Positions 37,395 to 51,520 of a stretch of DNA of 64,000 bases are shown here, piece after piece. The stretch spans positions 1,922,001 to 1,986,000 of the forward strand of contig JBHGNT010000018.1 in the NCBI GenBank assembly GCA_043228905.1, written 5' to 3'. The position numbers were made by a program, and so were the translations under genes. This stretch comes from Azolla caroliniana (lineage: Eukaryota > Plantae > Polypodiophyta). Position 1 is the first letter of the stretch; each line of letters starts with the position of its first letter. The notes below the pieces were generated by a model that ran no database searches, was not told where the DNA came from, and saw only the letters and a program-made list of their open reading frames with translations.

Positions 37395-40300
37395 ATGTCG
37401 TTGTTGGGTCCCGCTTCATTCCATCTGCCCAATCCCTTCTTCCTCTTCTTCTCCTCCTCCACACCCATCCGACGAGGAAAGCAAGTGCTCTCTTTCTTCA
37501 CCCCCTGTGCCATGGCCAGATCCTCTATCACCACAGACCTCTCACCATACGTGGAACATGTGAAGCTCTGCAACCGTGGGACAGTAAGCGCTCCTCTCTC
37601 TCTCTCTCTCTCTCTCCTCAATGTTTGATTCTTGCAACTGTCAGAAAGAAAGAAAAGGTGGATAAATTGGCCATGATTTCTAGAGGATAGAGGTGGGCTT
37701 TGACCAAGGGAAATAAGGGGAAATTAACAACAAACTAAGAAGTATTTTTGAGTTTTTCCTTTTATTTGACATGTTTTTTTGTTTTTGTTTTTGTTTCTGC
37801 AGCCAGAGGAGAGATCCAAATTTGTTCCCTTTCTCGTTGATAATTCCACAGTCGGATTCATCCACCCCAGGTATGCCGTCTCTAGAATACGTTTCTGATT
37901 TAAAAAAACAACATGATGTATTACATAGCAAAAGAAGACCCAAGTTTTAGTGTTATTTGGACTTGTATTGTTCAAAAAGGGCCTTCAAAGTTTGAAATTC
38001 AAAATACACATCTATCCATAGATTGTAAGATGTTTGAGAATAATAATTTTCGAGTACTGAGATAGTTTTTAATAAATTTCGCCAACACATCTAGGCCTAT
38101 TTATCTTTTTGTAAAACTGTTGCTTTTTGAGCTCTAAATTAGTGTACCTACAACCAATGTACTTGTGGTTCACAACATGCTTATGATAAAAGAAAAATCT
38201 ATCCTCAAACCCCAGTTTTGTCGTTTAATTCCTGAATGCCCGTGAGTTTTCATTCTTTCCCAAACACCCTTGGTCAACCCACAAAAGGGAGAAAAGGGGT
38301 TCAGTTGAGCACATAATCGCTCAAATAGCACTTGTAATCGAGAGAAAGGCAATGAAATGATTGTATAATTGCTAAAAAGGCACATGTAATTGCTCTTTTA
38401 GGTTGGCCTAGATCATATAAGGAAATAATGAAAACTGAGGAGCCTTTGGTGAAGTAAAGAATAACATCAGGAGAATTTGGAATTTTTCCCTAGAAAATTT
38501 GATGTAATTCATATCTCCTTGGTGGATGTATAGGCCACAAATCATGTTTTTCATCGAAGGTTTGCAGACACCAAGCTGGAATTGCATGCCGTCAACGGAA
38601 CTATAGGGGAGAATGCCGGTAGATACCTCCATGGTATTTACTACAAAATATACACGTAGGATATTGGCCACTCCATCCACGATAGTTATTCCAAAGCATA
38701 CTTTTTATCAAAACAATGTGTGTACATATCGTTCACATCATGTTTCTGAGATAACCTCTGCTATCGTCTCAGGATATTTTACTATAAAATTTATCATCCT
38801 GACATTCAGCCATCTAACATGAGAATACACCTGTTGATCGGGCTCTCATCCTTCTATTATATAGGACTCAGCCGCTTCACGAGGTTTGTACATATTTGTC
38901 ATCATTTAACTGAGGTGCATTTCGATGTTTTGGTGTATCTGTGACATTATATGCTCTCCTGGATTTTTTATTTCAGAAGCAAATCTTCTGATCCAATTGT
39001 GTGTATTGTGATGTACCATGTTATTTCTCTACTTAGATTGGCTTTTTGATATGTCATATATGCTAGACTGTATATGCACCATGGAGTCATGCATATGTAT
39101 GTATATACAACCTATGTTGCAGAGAGCCAGTGTATGATTTACTATAATACAATGAATTTTTATTCATTAAGGGCGTGTTTATGTGTTTGCATATGCATGT
39201 GGTCATGGGCATTATTGGAAGTGTGTTTGATTTAAATTATACAGTTTTTTGCAGCATTTACTATCGTTTCCCAAGGTATATGTGGTCATGAATGCAGCAC
39301 AAGACTATCAAAATAGGAATATTACGGATTCAAATCTGAGTACGGAGTGTTTTGTTACTCTACACAATGATCTTAAAACTCAAGAGGATCGTACGATGTC
39401 AGTAAACAATTCTTTGAGAGTCCTATGTGAGAATGGTCTCATACCTGGTTGGAGGAATGAGGTAATTTATTCTCCTTGCATTATATCTATCTTCTACGGA
39501 GTAGAGAATAAGCTACGGTTTATTATACATGTTGTCTTTGCCATTACCTTTGTTGTGCATGGTGGACAGGATTGTAGTATGCATAAACTCCTACACTGGT
39601 GAAGGATGGTTCAGAAGAACACAGAAGAACATGCATTTTTATAGAGATGCTTAATTGTGGTATATCCTCTGGGAATGGTGCTAGAATCCCACAAGATTTC
39701 ACTTGCTACTTGAATGTTGTGGGATATGTCAGCATCATGAATTGAAACTGAATGTTATTTAGTTTCACGATTTTTCTAACTTGCTTTGGATTTTCTAGAA
39801 GTTTCTAAACCTCCTCTGGCTTTGTAGAAGGTCCTTTGCAGTTGCAACTGTCTTGTGATTTATGTTGCCTTAGAAATTTTATAACACAAAACAGAAGCAA
39901 GCTTCCCAACTCATTCTTATAGTCCACAGTCCAGACAAGTGATTGAAGTTCCTGTTTCAAGACAAGTAGAGAATTTCTTTTCTGCATCCATTCTTATTAT
40001 ACATGAACATATGTAGAAACTGCATATCAGGTTTTCATGATATCTTTAAATCTGGAGTACAGAAATCAGAAAGTGTATGACATTTTGCAGAATTGATTAG
40101 AATGTAGTTGATATTGCTTGGATGAGCTTTACCAATTTTCTTACATCTTTGGCAGTCTTGCATTTGCAGATGTATCCAGTGACCAATGCATTTCGTTCCT
40201 CGCCCTTCTTTTCAATAGAGAGGGCAGCTGTTCCATATTTCGGCATCAAGGTAAGTATATCTATGTCGATGATTCCCATTTTCTGTTTACTCCCATCTAA

Positions 40301-41872
40301 CCATTCAAGGAAATAAAAAAAATCTCTTATTTATCGTGGCATAAATGTCAATGTTTTAGCAATTGTAGTCAAAACATATGTGAAGTTATGCAATAGTATT
40401 TTAGTCTCATAAAATGATGCATATCTAAATCTCACTACAATAAATCTCAAGGTGGATCCCGGAACATCTTCTATGCTTTGTAGGCATATGGAGTACATAT
40501 CAATGGATTTGTTATTGATTCCAAGGGGGAAAAGTGGCTTTGGGTTGCCAAACGTAGTATGAATAAACAAACATATCCAGGCATGCTGGACCATATTGTT
40601 GCTGGTGGACAGGTTATTACAAACTTCTATATTTCTAGAGAGATTTGTATTCAAACTATGACTTTGACACAATCTTGGAATTCAGTTTGTAGCCTGAATT
40701 CAAAATACATTTTCTGATTCTAGATGCTACTACTATAGCATATCCATCCATGTGATTATGCCTATATGTCTTGTCATCGTTTTCTTGTGTTGGATACCTT
40801 CCTATGGCAACACAAGGAATGACCTCAAGCACATTGATATGTAGTAAAAATAATTATTTGCTTAATATGGTGCAGCCAGTTGGGCTTTCATGTCTAGAGA
40901 ATGTTATTAAGGAATGCAATGAGGAAGCCAACATTCCTGAGATAATTGCCAGAAGGTAAATACCTGGTTTTAGATCCATCTCCATTAGTATTTGAATTTC
41001 TAGTATGTTACTCAAGCTCTGGAAACTGATGTGCATACTATCTTTGGTTGAAGGGCAGTACCAGTGGGTGCTGTTAGCTATGAAGATATAGATGGCAATC
41101 GTCTGAAACGAGATGTTCTCTTTTGTTATGATCTAGAACTTCCTCTAGATTTCAAACCCCACAATAGAGGTTAGCTTGCCTGGGAATAAGGAAAGAGAAC
41201 AATAGATTTTTTTCACTTAAGAAGGTTAATTCTAGATATATGGATTGATGCAGATGGAGAAGTAGAGACCTTCAAACTGTGGCGTGTTGCAGAAGTGGAG
41301 GAGATCCTTCAAACATCGATGGGATATAAGCCGAATTGTACACTCGTCATTATTGACTTCCTCTTTCGACATGGGTATGTAACTCCATTGAAGATCCTTG
41401 TTTCATGAATAACTCATTCAGTTAGAGAGTATATATTTATTAAAATGAACACTAAGAAATAGACTATAACTTACTCTATTTAGACTTTGGTTTGCTGTTT
41501 TTGTCGACTGATAATTATTTTAGTTAATACATACAGCTTATACCACTACAGAACTAGAGTAGAATTACATAATATTCAGACTAAAATATAAATAATGCAT
41601 ATTTTTGGTTGTATTATAGCATCTAGCTTTCTAGGTGTATGAACCAATGATTTTGTCTATGATACATGTTTATATAATGCTTGCATATAATTATATTGAG
41701 ATTTCTTGGTCATAATATTTCTCGTACTATATCCTTGTAGTTACCAAAAAAACTGTTATCTAATTTTTTTTGACATCTTTCTTGTCTTTCCTTCCATCAA
41801 AGGTACATAACCCCAGATCAAGATGGCTATTTGCCTCTTATGTTCAGCCTACGGAGAGGTGAATGCCTTTGA
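37395..41872 (+). CDS. Nudix hydrolase 20/24-like, probably plastid-targeted, about 356 aa, 9 exons
   Basis: Exons 37395-37583, 37803-37870, 39245-39461, 40170-40250, 40484-40612, 40876-40955, 41054-41169, 41254-41374, 41803-41872 (1071 nt, in frame). Motifs CNRG, IPGWRNE/MYPV, IERAAVPYFGIK/AYGVHING, KRSMNKQTYPGMLDHIVAGGQP, KECNEEANIP, LFCYDLELPLDFKP, KPNCTLVIIDFLFRHG. Ser/Phe-rich N-terminus resembles a transit peptide. Confidence 0.93.
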
Positions 41873-42329
41873 ATTGTAAAGACACAACTTTACTTGAATA
41901 TTGTTTGGTCAGGTTGTATGTTTTTGCAAGACTGGAAGTGATTTGCAGTCTACATTTTCGAAGAGCTTTGATGATGTAGACTCTTAATAAGATCAATCTT
42001 CCTCGTCAGATTATGGAAGATTATAAGTATGACAAAAATGAAAAAAGTTTGATTTAGTAGCGTCAAAATTATTTGCATTTAATAGCATTAACTGCAATGA
42101 TGTTTTGTTTGATTCATGTGTAAGTAAACTTGCAAATAATTTGATGTGTTTGAAGTTCATGACCTAAACCTAAGACTTTGGGCACGAGTCATATGCCAGG
42201 AAGACTAATAATTTTTTATTATCATATTTCTTGTTTTGCTTCCTTTTTTATATATTACTATTACTTTTCTACATAGCATGCCTTAAATCATCATCCTTAC
42301 ATTGTTCTACAATATCTCTTGATTAATGT

Positions 42330-43140
42330 CCCACCTTTTTCAATTAGAGACCTTCCATAAGTTGATGCAAACACCTTTGTGATGGTAACAATATATTGGG
42401 TTACAAAGATGGGTCATTTTTTCCCTTGCTGTAAAGCCATCTACAGCATTGAGGTGAGAGATCTAGTACTAACAAATGTGATTCATTGTCACATGATCTT
42501 GAATGATATTGTTTTAGATAGTGGTTCAGAACTCATTATGGAAGACCATGTTTCAATTTTTCAAGACCTTGGCCTAGTAGTTATTATAAAATTTCACCCA
42601 CTTTGTTCTGTTTTTTTTTCCTTGAAGCCAATTTGAACTGAACCATTTATAGATAATTAAAACAAACTAAATCATTTAATATTAAGTTTAAACCAAACCA
42701 TTTAAGTGAAACTGATTAAATAATTAAACAAAAAATATTAATTAACGCATTAAATTGATCAAATTATTGAACCATTAAAGAAATTAAAAAAAAGCTAGCT
42801 AAAAACCAATAAACCATTATAACCAAGCCACACAATCTTATAAATTGATGAGCTTGAAGTGTAGAAGCAAACTGAAATGAAACCAGTTCATTTAGTAATA
42901 ATTGAATTGAATCAAATTGTTTAATTATATGCAAAACCCAAACCAAGCCTGTTAGTTATATTCAAACCAATAAACTGTTAAACCATGGCTTAATGGTTCA
43001 GTTTGGGTTGAAATTGGTCCCATAGCTAATCAAATCCTTGAGTTGTACCTTTCGGATATTGTAAGTTATCAAACAACATGGTTGGATTTGGTTCTGACCA
43101 CTTCCTAAATGTGCCTACAAAAATACCATACATTCAATTG
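42330..43140 (+). mobile_element. Decayed Ty3/gypsy integrase fragment interrupted by an AAACC-rich insert (about 42630-43020)
   Basis: VTIYWVTKMGHFFPCCKAI...LNDIVLDSGSEL resembles VVDRFTKMAHFIPC...PDDIVSDRGPQF. Integrase-like sequence resumes weakly at about 43040-43140. Confidence 0.6.
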
Positions 43141-43769
43141 ATATGATTGCCTTCTTTGTTATTCTCCTCGACACACAAATATTGTTTTGTTTTTGTGTCT
43201 TTTATTCTTTCTCCTCCTCCCTTTATATAAAATGAGGACACCTTTTTATAGGTGCAATTGCTTCTTTTTTGCACTTTTCAAGTGGAAAATAATACTCATT
43301 GTTTTAATATATGTAATGTCCCATTGCTCGTAAGATTTGCAGTTACATTTCTTTGATTTGACAAGTTTTGTCACGTTGTTATTTGAGGCTAAGACAATGG
43401 GTATTTGCACAATTCACCCGAGTTCACCCAAAATCACAGATAGGGATTATTACGAGCATAACCGTAACGTTAGTTCTCTAATCTTAAGGTTAGATGAGGG
43501 CTAATTTCTAAGGAACGAAGAATGGGAACTATGGTATCTCAATCATACAGTGGGAAACAACTTTAGAGTGTTTCATCACTTGGCCACTTCGATCAAATGT
43601 GTGCCTCATTCAAATATATGAGACTCTTGTAGGATATAAGTAATCAATATGGTGAAATAGTTTATTGTTGAAATCCAAGTTTTTTTAAACAAATTTTCCA
43701 ATAAATGTGGACCACATCGCTCTTGTATTATTGGAATCATAGTGAACCTATAATATGATAAAATTCATC

Positions 43770-46600
43770 GAGGATATGTAGTTATTCTTTTATGTATTTG
43801 ATTTATTACTCTAACTATTGTTCTAAATAAATTTTCACCTATAAGCAACTAGGAACGTATGAGTGATACATCTACAAATCTCATGGAGAGTTACTTGATT
43901 CTTTACTAAGTGCAAACAACGAACATCTTTCAACAACATTTTACATGTTTGCATGAACCTTTTTAGAGATGGCTTTGAGGGGTTGAGGGAATGGCTTTTA
44001 ACCTCTTAGACAAATGAGAAAGTAATGGCAAGCTCTAGTGTTTGTAATAAAGTTAGACCAAAATACTTTACCTTGGATCTATTCAAGTTGGTTGGAATCA
44101 ATATATATGCCTTATTGCTATTTAATTTGAGAGCACTTTGATACCTGTATGATCTAATATGGTATGCACAACTAATACATGATATTACCTCTCTAACGAC
44201 AAGACCCTTGCCCTTAATGATGCAGAAATTATGCTGGAATGGGTATATGTGGGATTTTAATGCTATTTAATCTAACGCAACACATATATCCCTTGTGTTT
44301 GCTCATTGATTGGGCTTTAGTACCTTGAATGGGTTTGTGTCTTTGATGCAGTGTGAAAAAGTTAAAACACTTTTAGCACCCATATGAGAGTCGAGACATG
44401 ATATATTTGGAAATATAGAAAATGGAAGTTGTTGTAGCATTCGGAACGATTAAAAAAAGGCGAGGATTATGTGGTCCACATCACTACTATACATATGTGA
44501 ATGAGTACGAGAATAATTGAATCATTGCAATATGTTGACCCCAACTTGGCCTTGTCTTGTATATACAAATACATTTTAAAATATTTAATCTATTGGAATC
44601 TCTTGACCCCGTTGAGGTCACACGTGAAGCTATATATGGGATGGGGACCTCATTTGATATATGTATAGTTCATTATTTTATTTGTTTAGCATTTCAAGTG
44701 CGATGGAATCATGGCAGTTGAATTACAAATTGCTCTTTCATGAGTTGATACTTTATCACTACATTTATTTCTTTCCGAATTGTAAAGTGCTATGTGTTGG
44801 CCGAATTTTCATGACATTTTTTATTTATGATGAAGACTCACATTCAACCAAAGTTCTTTAGATTTCAAAAAGTGCATGCCATTTTATATACTTTATCAAA
44901 GTTCCTTTTAGGGTGGTTTATTAAATGAGCACAATAGAGGGGACAATTGACTTGTTTTTCCTTTAATGCATTTTCTACTCTACTTTAGCCTCTTTTTAAA
45001 GCAAAGCTAATAATTGATTTAGCACCATATTGCCAATGTTGGGAAGTGTGCACAATAGCTTGCAAAGGGATCGTTGCATCATTTCTATTAATGTGTTCAA
45101 GTGTCATTTCAGACGAGGATGCCCTAAATTTGTGCTCTGAAAACATACTTATCCATATGATTCACTTCCTATTTATCAACATGGTCTATCTGTTTGCTTG
45201 TCCTATAATAACATACACCTATCATTGTTTTATCATGTGATTAACATTGTGCATCTCTGTAGGCCCTTGCACATCATGTTACTATGCATAATAACTTTAG
45301 GATCATTGTTAGCGCTGAACCTTGAAACCCACTCTTGTGATTATTTATGTCGAGCAACAAGTTTATGCTTCTCGTGTTGTGTCTAGTTATAGTTGAGGCA
45401 ATTGTAAATGTGAATAATGTGTCAATTGCTTCTTTTGATGTTTACCATTGACGAAGTCGTGCAATCTCAACATCTTATTGAGACCATTCACATCTCTCTC
45501 CTTAAGTCAGAACTTATGTGTCCTTGCAAATGAATAGGAGAGCATATCAAAAGAATTTGTATTAAACTAGCACTAATATACGACCTTTTATTTTGTACAA
45601 AAAAACAAGAAGGTAAGGTTTGAGAACAAACAAACGTTTACTTGAGAATAACCTCTAATTTACTACCACCTCAAGAAATATAAGAAGAAGAGACATGTGT
45701 ATAAGAAAACAAAGAAATCTAAGTAAATGTCTTCTTACAAACAAGCTCTGTATTTTCTTTTTCCCAAAAAAGGAGCTACTTTCCCATTAGTTAGGAGAGA
45801 TTTTTACAAAAAGACTATACAAGATGGTTTATATACAAATCACGGAATCATCCCCCCCCCACCAAGTCCAAGAATATGAGACTACATACATTTCTACTTA
45901 ATGTAAGTAGTTACCTAGAGTTATAAACAACCTCTGTATTTTACACCACCAACTTAAAATATAGGTGGGTGAGGACTGAGGACGTGTGTAAGGTGAGAAC
46001 ATTAATGTTATGTGTTTTCAAACATGTAAATACAAACACATATGCATTGTAATTATTGAATGCAAACGTTTGCCAAAAGGTGATGGATTAAATCATTTGA
46101 TCCAATACAAATAATTTTGTCCAGCTCCACTTTTAAACCCTATACTCATAGTGCTAGAATAATGCAAGCGCATTTTACACTATATTGACCTTGGTTTTTT
46201 TTTTCCCAAAACAATTCTACTTCCATTAGTTAAGAAAAAGTACATAGGATAATATATAACTTATATTCGGTTTTATTCGAAACACAAATACATGATCAAT
46301 AAAATTATAATAGAAAGGTTTAGTGGGCAAAATGGGTCACACTTTGTCGGAGTGTTTGATGGAGAGAAAAGGACACGATCTCGACAAGCCATTTGCATGT
46401 TATTATAGATCAATTATTAAGAAGAAATTCTTCTATAAATGGAAGCACACATACAAAGCAAGAAAAATTGCTCAAAACATTATTGTAGAGCTTGTTATAT
46501 CATTCGCAGCCTCATTCAATTGAAAATATTGTATTAAAGTGTTGCCATTGAGATGCTTACTATATCATAATTTATATACATAGATCTCTAATTTAAAAGC
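43770..46600 (+). repeat. Old dispersed duplication, copy A (copy B about 52860-56880)
   Basis: Shared blocks, e.g. tctattggaatctcttgacccc.ttgag.tcacacgtgaagctatatatgggatgg at about 44590 and 53691; ttttatcatgtgattaacattg at about 45229 and 54560; cttccattagttaag...gtacataggataatat at about 46220 and 53981. Confidence 0.85.
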
Positions 46601-47713
46601 TTTAAATATTAAGTAACCTTTCACATATTTTATGTGTATTCTACGTATTTAACGTGTATATTGTCCGAAGAATAATATACGTTATCGTATTTTGAATTGT
46701 TCCACGTATTTAAGTAGACAACACATCAATGGAGGAAAAAAGCTAGCATATGCATTGTTATTGCTATTGCAAACTTACATGTAGTACCTTATTTCAAAAC
46801 ATCCAATCAATGGTTGGAAAAATGTCACCATCATCATCCATGTCCATTTGGATAAGTTGGATGGACTTGAACTCTTGTACATATTGTTAATGGGTGGGGG
46901 GCGGAGCCAAGAACAACTCCACCCCCCTCCCAAGGGGGTTACGCGTGAGAGAAATAGAGAGAAGGAGAGAGAAATAGAAAAATGATACAAAATGAGAGGG
47001 AAAAGTTCTATCCATTACATACCCTATAGGGGGTTTATATAGTACATCAAATGTAACAGTTACATAATATGACCGTTACAAAAAAGACCATTATACACAT
47101 GCACATAATTGTGCATGTGTTCACACACATGTTCCACCTCACTCACACTCGTATACAGTATACCTACACAACAACCACTTTAACGTGTTCCACCCTTATG
47201 CCTCCCCGTACACTCCTACGGGTAACACATACATTTGGGCAAAGTCATAAAACCATGTCCAATGTTCGAATAATCGGAATGGATTTGAACCCAAAGTGCC
47301 TTGTGGAACCATATTTATGTTGGGTAAAATGAAAATTATTTCAAAGTTAGTACAAAATGAAGATAAATAAGTCATTGTTGTTTAGGAAAGAACTCTTACA
47401 ACAAAAATTAGCAAGCTCAAAATTTGGCATGCCTTCTAGCTCTGGGCATTCATGCTATTTGGTATTTCACAAGGATTCACTAGTGGGATATTGAAGATGT
47501 GGTGGATGAGGAACACATATCATGTTAGCTGCCATGATTGATATGATTTTGACAAGACGTTATTTAGCTAGGTGAGGCATATGAAACAATATCTGAGTCA
47601 ACTCACAAAGTTAGGTGTGTTGATGAGCCCCTCGCAAAAGCGACGATGTTTTGTAACCAAGTTCATGGGAGGTGTTGATGGGAGGAGAGCTCCACCCCCC
47701 TCCCAAGGTGTTG

Positions 47714-47755
<42 letters not shown>

Positions 47756-47829
47756 GTGTCTTCTAAGACCAAAATTGGCCCATGAGACAATTTGTTTACA
47801 ACAAAAATGGGGTATCTACCCATTCATCG

Positions 47830-50800
47830 AAAGTAAAAATAAAATAAAATAAGACTTAAGTTAAAGAGGTCTAGTAAAAAACATGTTCTAGAAAGGAAAT
47901 GACTTTATATTAGGCCTAGTGTCATTTCCATCCAAGTCTCTCGAAAAGAAGCGAGAGGTCAAAGGGTTTCAATGTGGATGTGGGTCGTGGTCCCAATGTA
48001 TAAGGAACTCCAACCATAGCTTCTAGGCGGCGCAACTCACATTCCCTTATCTTCTTAATTGTTTCTACTCCACATCGAGTTGCTTTAAAGCCCGACATCC
48101 GAGGGTGTTTGGTTGTTCTTTGCTTTTCTGCTTCAATAAGAGAGAGGCTGAGTGGTGTAGGCGTGTCTACAATCATCTCCCCTTGTTCCTGAAAAGTTTC
48201 ATTAGTTACATGTTGGTGAATGCTAAAATGGTTATGGTTAACATTTTGTAGCTTATTCTCTCTATGTTGTTTTCACTCTAAGATATACCTACCCAGTCTC
48301 TTTATATCCGGGGTATCTAATAGTTTGGAGAGGGTGGGAGAGGGTCCTAGTATGTCTTGGTATTTCGCCCTTATCTCGGTGTAAGTTGGACACTTGCATG
48401 TAAAGTGATACTCATCATCTATCTCTATGTGACATAATTTACACATCCTTTCCTCTCTAGGGATTCTATTAGTACGACCATTCTCAATCTCAAGTTGGTG
48501 AGATGATATCCTAAGTTTTCCAATGGCAACCCTTAGTGCATTTTATAAGAATGTATCTAGATATTTTGGTCTTGTAATAAAACCTAACTTAGAGAAATGC
48601 ATGAAGTGTTCCTTATAGTACAACATTTTAGATGGGAGTGACTCTCGTGGGGTGATCCATTTATATCGAGTGTAAAGTTGCCATATTTCTTGGCGTATTA
48701 CTTTATTATGGTCCTCATGAGAGATTAAAGTTTTATTAGTCCCATGGTTGTACTTAAGGGGATGTAGGTTATTAATGTCTATGTCATTTGCAAGTAACCA
48801 ACTCACTACAATGCTTTACCAAGAGCTACTATCTCGGATGCATATAGGGATTGATTTGCTCTAATAATGTCATGTGGTACTATCGATTTGCTTCGGAATT
48901 GATGTGATAGCATCGTCGTCAAAGGTCCCTCTAATTGCGTCCACATGAAAGATGGTAGACCTGAAGCCCAAACTAGTGATGCATACATGAGGGAAGGGGT
49001 CACTAATGAGTCAAGAGCTATCCCATAGTTCGTGGCTCTTGAAAGTATGCATGGTGGCCTTGTCTCTCTAAGAGTGAGAGGGATGCATACCCTCTCATTA
49101 ACCTATCTTTGGTTTCCTGGGTCATCGAGAATTTACCTGAGTGAGCACTAAAAGTGACTCCTAGATATACATATGATCCAACTACCTCAACTGGTTTATG
49201 AGAGAGCATTAAGTGACATTTATTCCTAACTCAAGACGATGTATGAAACATAAGGACTTTAGTTTTCGCTAGATTCACTACCAATCCTCGTTGTGTTCAA
49301 AAGTCATCTAGCGCATTAATAAGGTGCTTTTGTAAGACTTTGTGTTCAGACTTTGAGAGAAAAACTATGTCGTCTACATAGAATAAGAGACTAACTTGCA
49401 TACCCCCAATGACTACTCTATTGCCTCCCTTACGAGCAATAAAATCAGTGATCTCATCAATGTAGATCCGAAAAAGAGTCGGTGATAGGAGGCAACCTTG
49501 TTTTACACCAATGGTGCTGGTGAAGCAATCAGATAGGCCATTTGGACATCTTAGGCACCTAGAGACTTGCTCATATAGAGCATAGGTGGCCCAGATCATG
49601 TCATTTGGTATCTCCAAGCTTTTAGGCCAATCAAAGAACCGCTCCCTAGGAACTGTGTCAAAGGCTTTGTGGAAGTTCACAAAGCAACAATATATGGTCA
49701 ATTAAGCATCTAAGTGTGAATATATGGTCAATCATGGAGAAGGCTCGTCTAAAGCATGCCTACTCAGGTGCTCGAAGACTTAAGGTTTCCATATAATCAC
49801 TAAGCTCTACTTCAGATTACTGCACCATATAATTTAGCAAGCGTATGACCTATCATAATGGTTCTATATGTAGTTGGGTCCATTGGGTCCCCTCCTTTAT
49901 GTATAGGGGTCATTGTGTTCATGGTCCATTGTGGTTTGAGCGCAATTGAAGATTAGAGTGAGAAAAGGAGCTAGGCACTCTCAAGCATATATGATGTGTT
50001 CGGCTCGCAATCCTATGTGGTCCATGGATTTCCTATGTTGTAATTTTTTTATGACCTTCGTGACCCATGAGGTCGTAAAAAGTGCCCCCCTGGTAGGTCG
50101 AGGTGTGGAAGGCATGGAAATGGATAGTTGGTTTGAGACATGGTAGAGTCTCTCTATATATGTGTGCCAAGTGTTGGGATCCTCGATGGGTGCTTGTGGT
50201 CTCGGTTCCCGTAGTCTCTTCCATGAAAGGGTGCAATCCCTACTCATGAACATGTGGTAGAGTTCCCAATATTGAGATGCTTCCCAAGCCTGTCTTTTAC
50301 GACGTGTCATCTTGCGCATCTCTTTGCGACCCTATACTAAGGAAATAGTACCACTAAGTCGTGATACTTTAAGTTGTCTATACAAGTCTCTACAATCCTC
50401 ATCATACCACCTATTCTATGGCATAGACCCTATTCTACTTTGATTGGTCCAATGTTTCATGTATGGGAAGCTACTAATTGTTGTTGAGTGAAGGCTGTAT
50501 GTGAGTTCTATAGTGAGGTTCTCTAAAGGCAGGGAAGAATCAAGAGAGGAGAGATGGGCTTGAACATGTTAGGAGTAGATGTCAAAGAGCTCATGCGTGA
50601 AATGTATTATGGTGTGATGGTTTGGTTTACTAGAGTTGGTGGCGTTGGAGGTGTCACATTTTAGCTCAAAGTATATGGTTTGCACCAATAGGGCATGGGG
50701 CCACCCGGAAGGAGTTAATCATGTGGGTAGCTTTAGGGCGTCCTATTAGGTAATCAATTGTGCTTTCCCCTCCTCCATGTGGGAAACATGTGAGCTCTTC

Positions 50801-51520
50801 CGAGCCCGGCCACTTGGCTAAACCATTATATATGATCATCTGGTGTCGACTTCCAAGCTCAAGCAGATGATGGCCAAACCTTGTGGTGTTCGCACCTTGA
50901 TCTTTTGATCTACGTGTGATGCCTATGGCTAAAGGGTCGACATTCACCATTTCTAGGATCTGAAATATTGTGCATTGTCGGGATTGGGTTCTCGCATTGA
51001 AATCTCCTACAAGGAAGACTTCCTCTTAAGAAGAATATTGGATTATGTCATCCGATAAAGGTTCGTATGGAGAAGGCTCATGTGGCACTCCTTCATCAAC
51101 TAAACTTGCCTCTCCATCCATATTATACTAAGATCCTTTCGGGGGAAAGTAACAAATGGCGACAAATATTGCATGATCCTTACTAGTGAGGACTTTCACC
51201 CACATAAAACGGGCTTATGGGTTTGTCCTTAGTATTTCTATCCTATTATGTATCTCTCTCCGAAATAGTATTGCAACCCCTCCTGACCCTCCAATAGTAC
51301 GTCGACGTGAGGTTTGTCTAAAGACAAACTCCCAACGAAAACCTTCAACTCGTGGCAGTCCTCTATTTGGACTCTGTTGTGTTTCTACTAAGAAAAGTAT
51401 ATCAAGTACCTTCAAAATCTCCTCTAGATGGCCAGGGTGTGTCCAAAGTGCACCATTACAATTCCATAAAGTCATCCTAATTTTATTGTCTATCATATGG
51501 GCCACATGCCACCAATTGGT
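47830..51520 (-). mobile_element. Decayed non-LTR retrotransposon (APE endonuclease, RT, C-terminal CCHC), RTEX-like
   Basis: WNCNG...LFLVET...GSGGVAILF (APE); STIDYL; CFVNFHKAFDTVPRE, GVKQGCLLSPTLF, FYVDDIV, YVYLGVTF (RT). Manual translation of 48540-48361: LRISSHQLEIENGRTNRIPREERMCKLCHIEIDDEYHFTCKCPTYTEIRAKY. The clade call is inference. Confidence 0.9.

Noticed and set aside
37634-37690. Candidate Nudix exon after ...ctgtcag
   Set aside because: It gives an in-frame stop in phase 0. The acceptor at 37802 gives the conserved FVPFLV...VGFIH continuation.
46880-47760. Repeated ctccacccccctcccaagg plus GA tract at about 46915 and 47690
   Set aside because: Probably LTR-element end fragments, but no termini, TSD or coding domain could be established.
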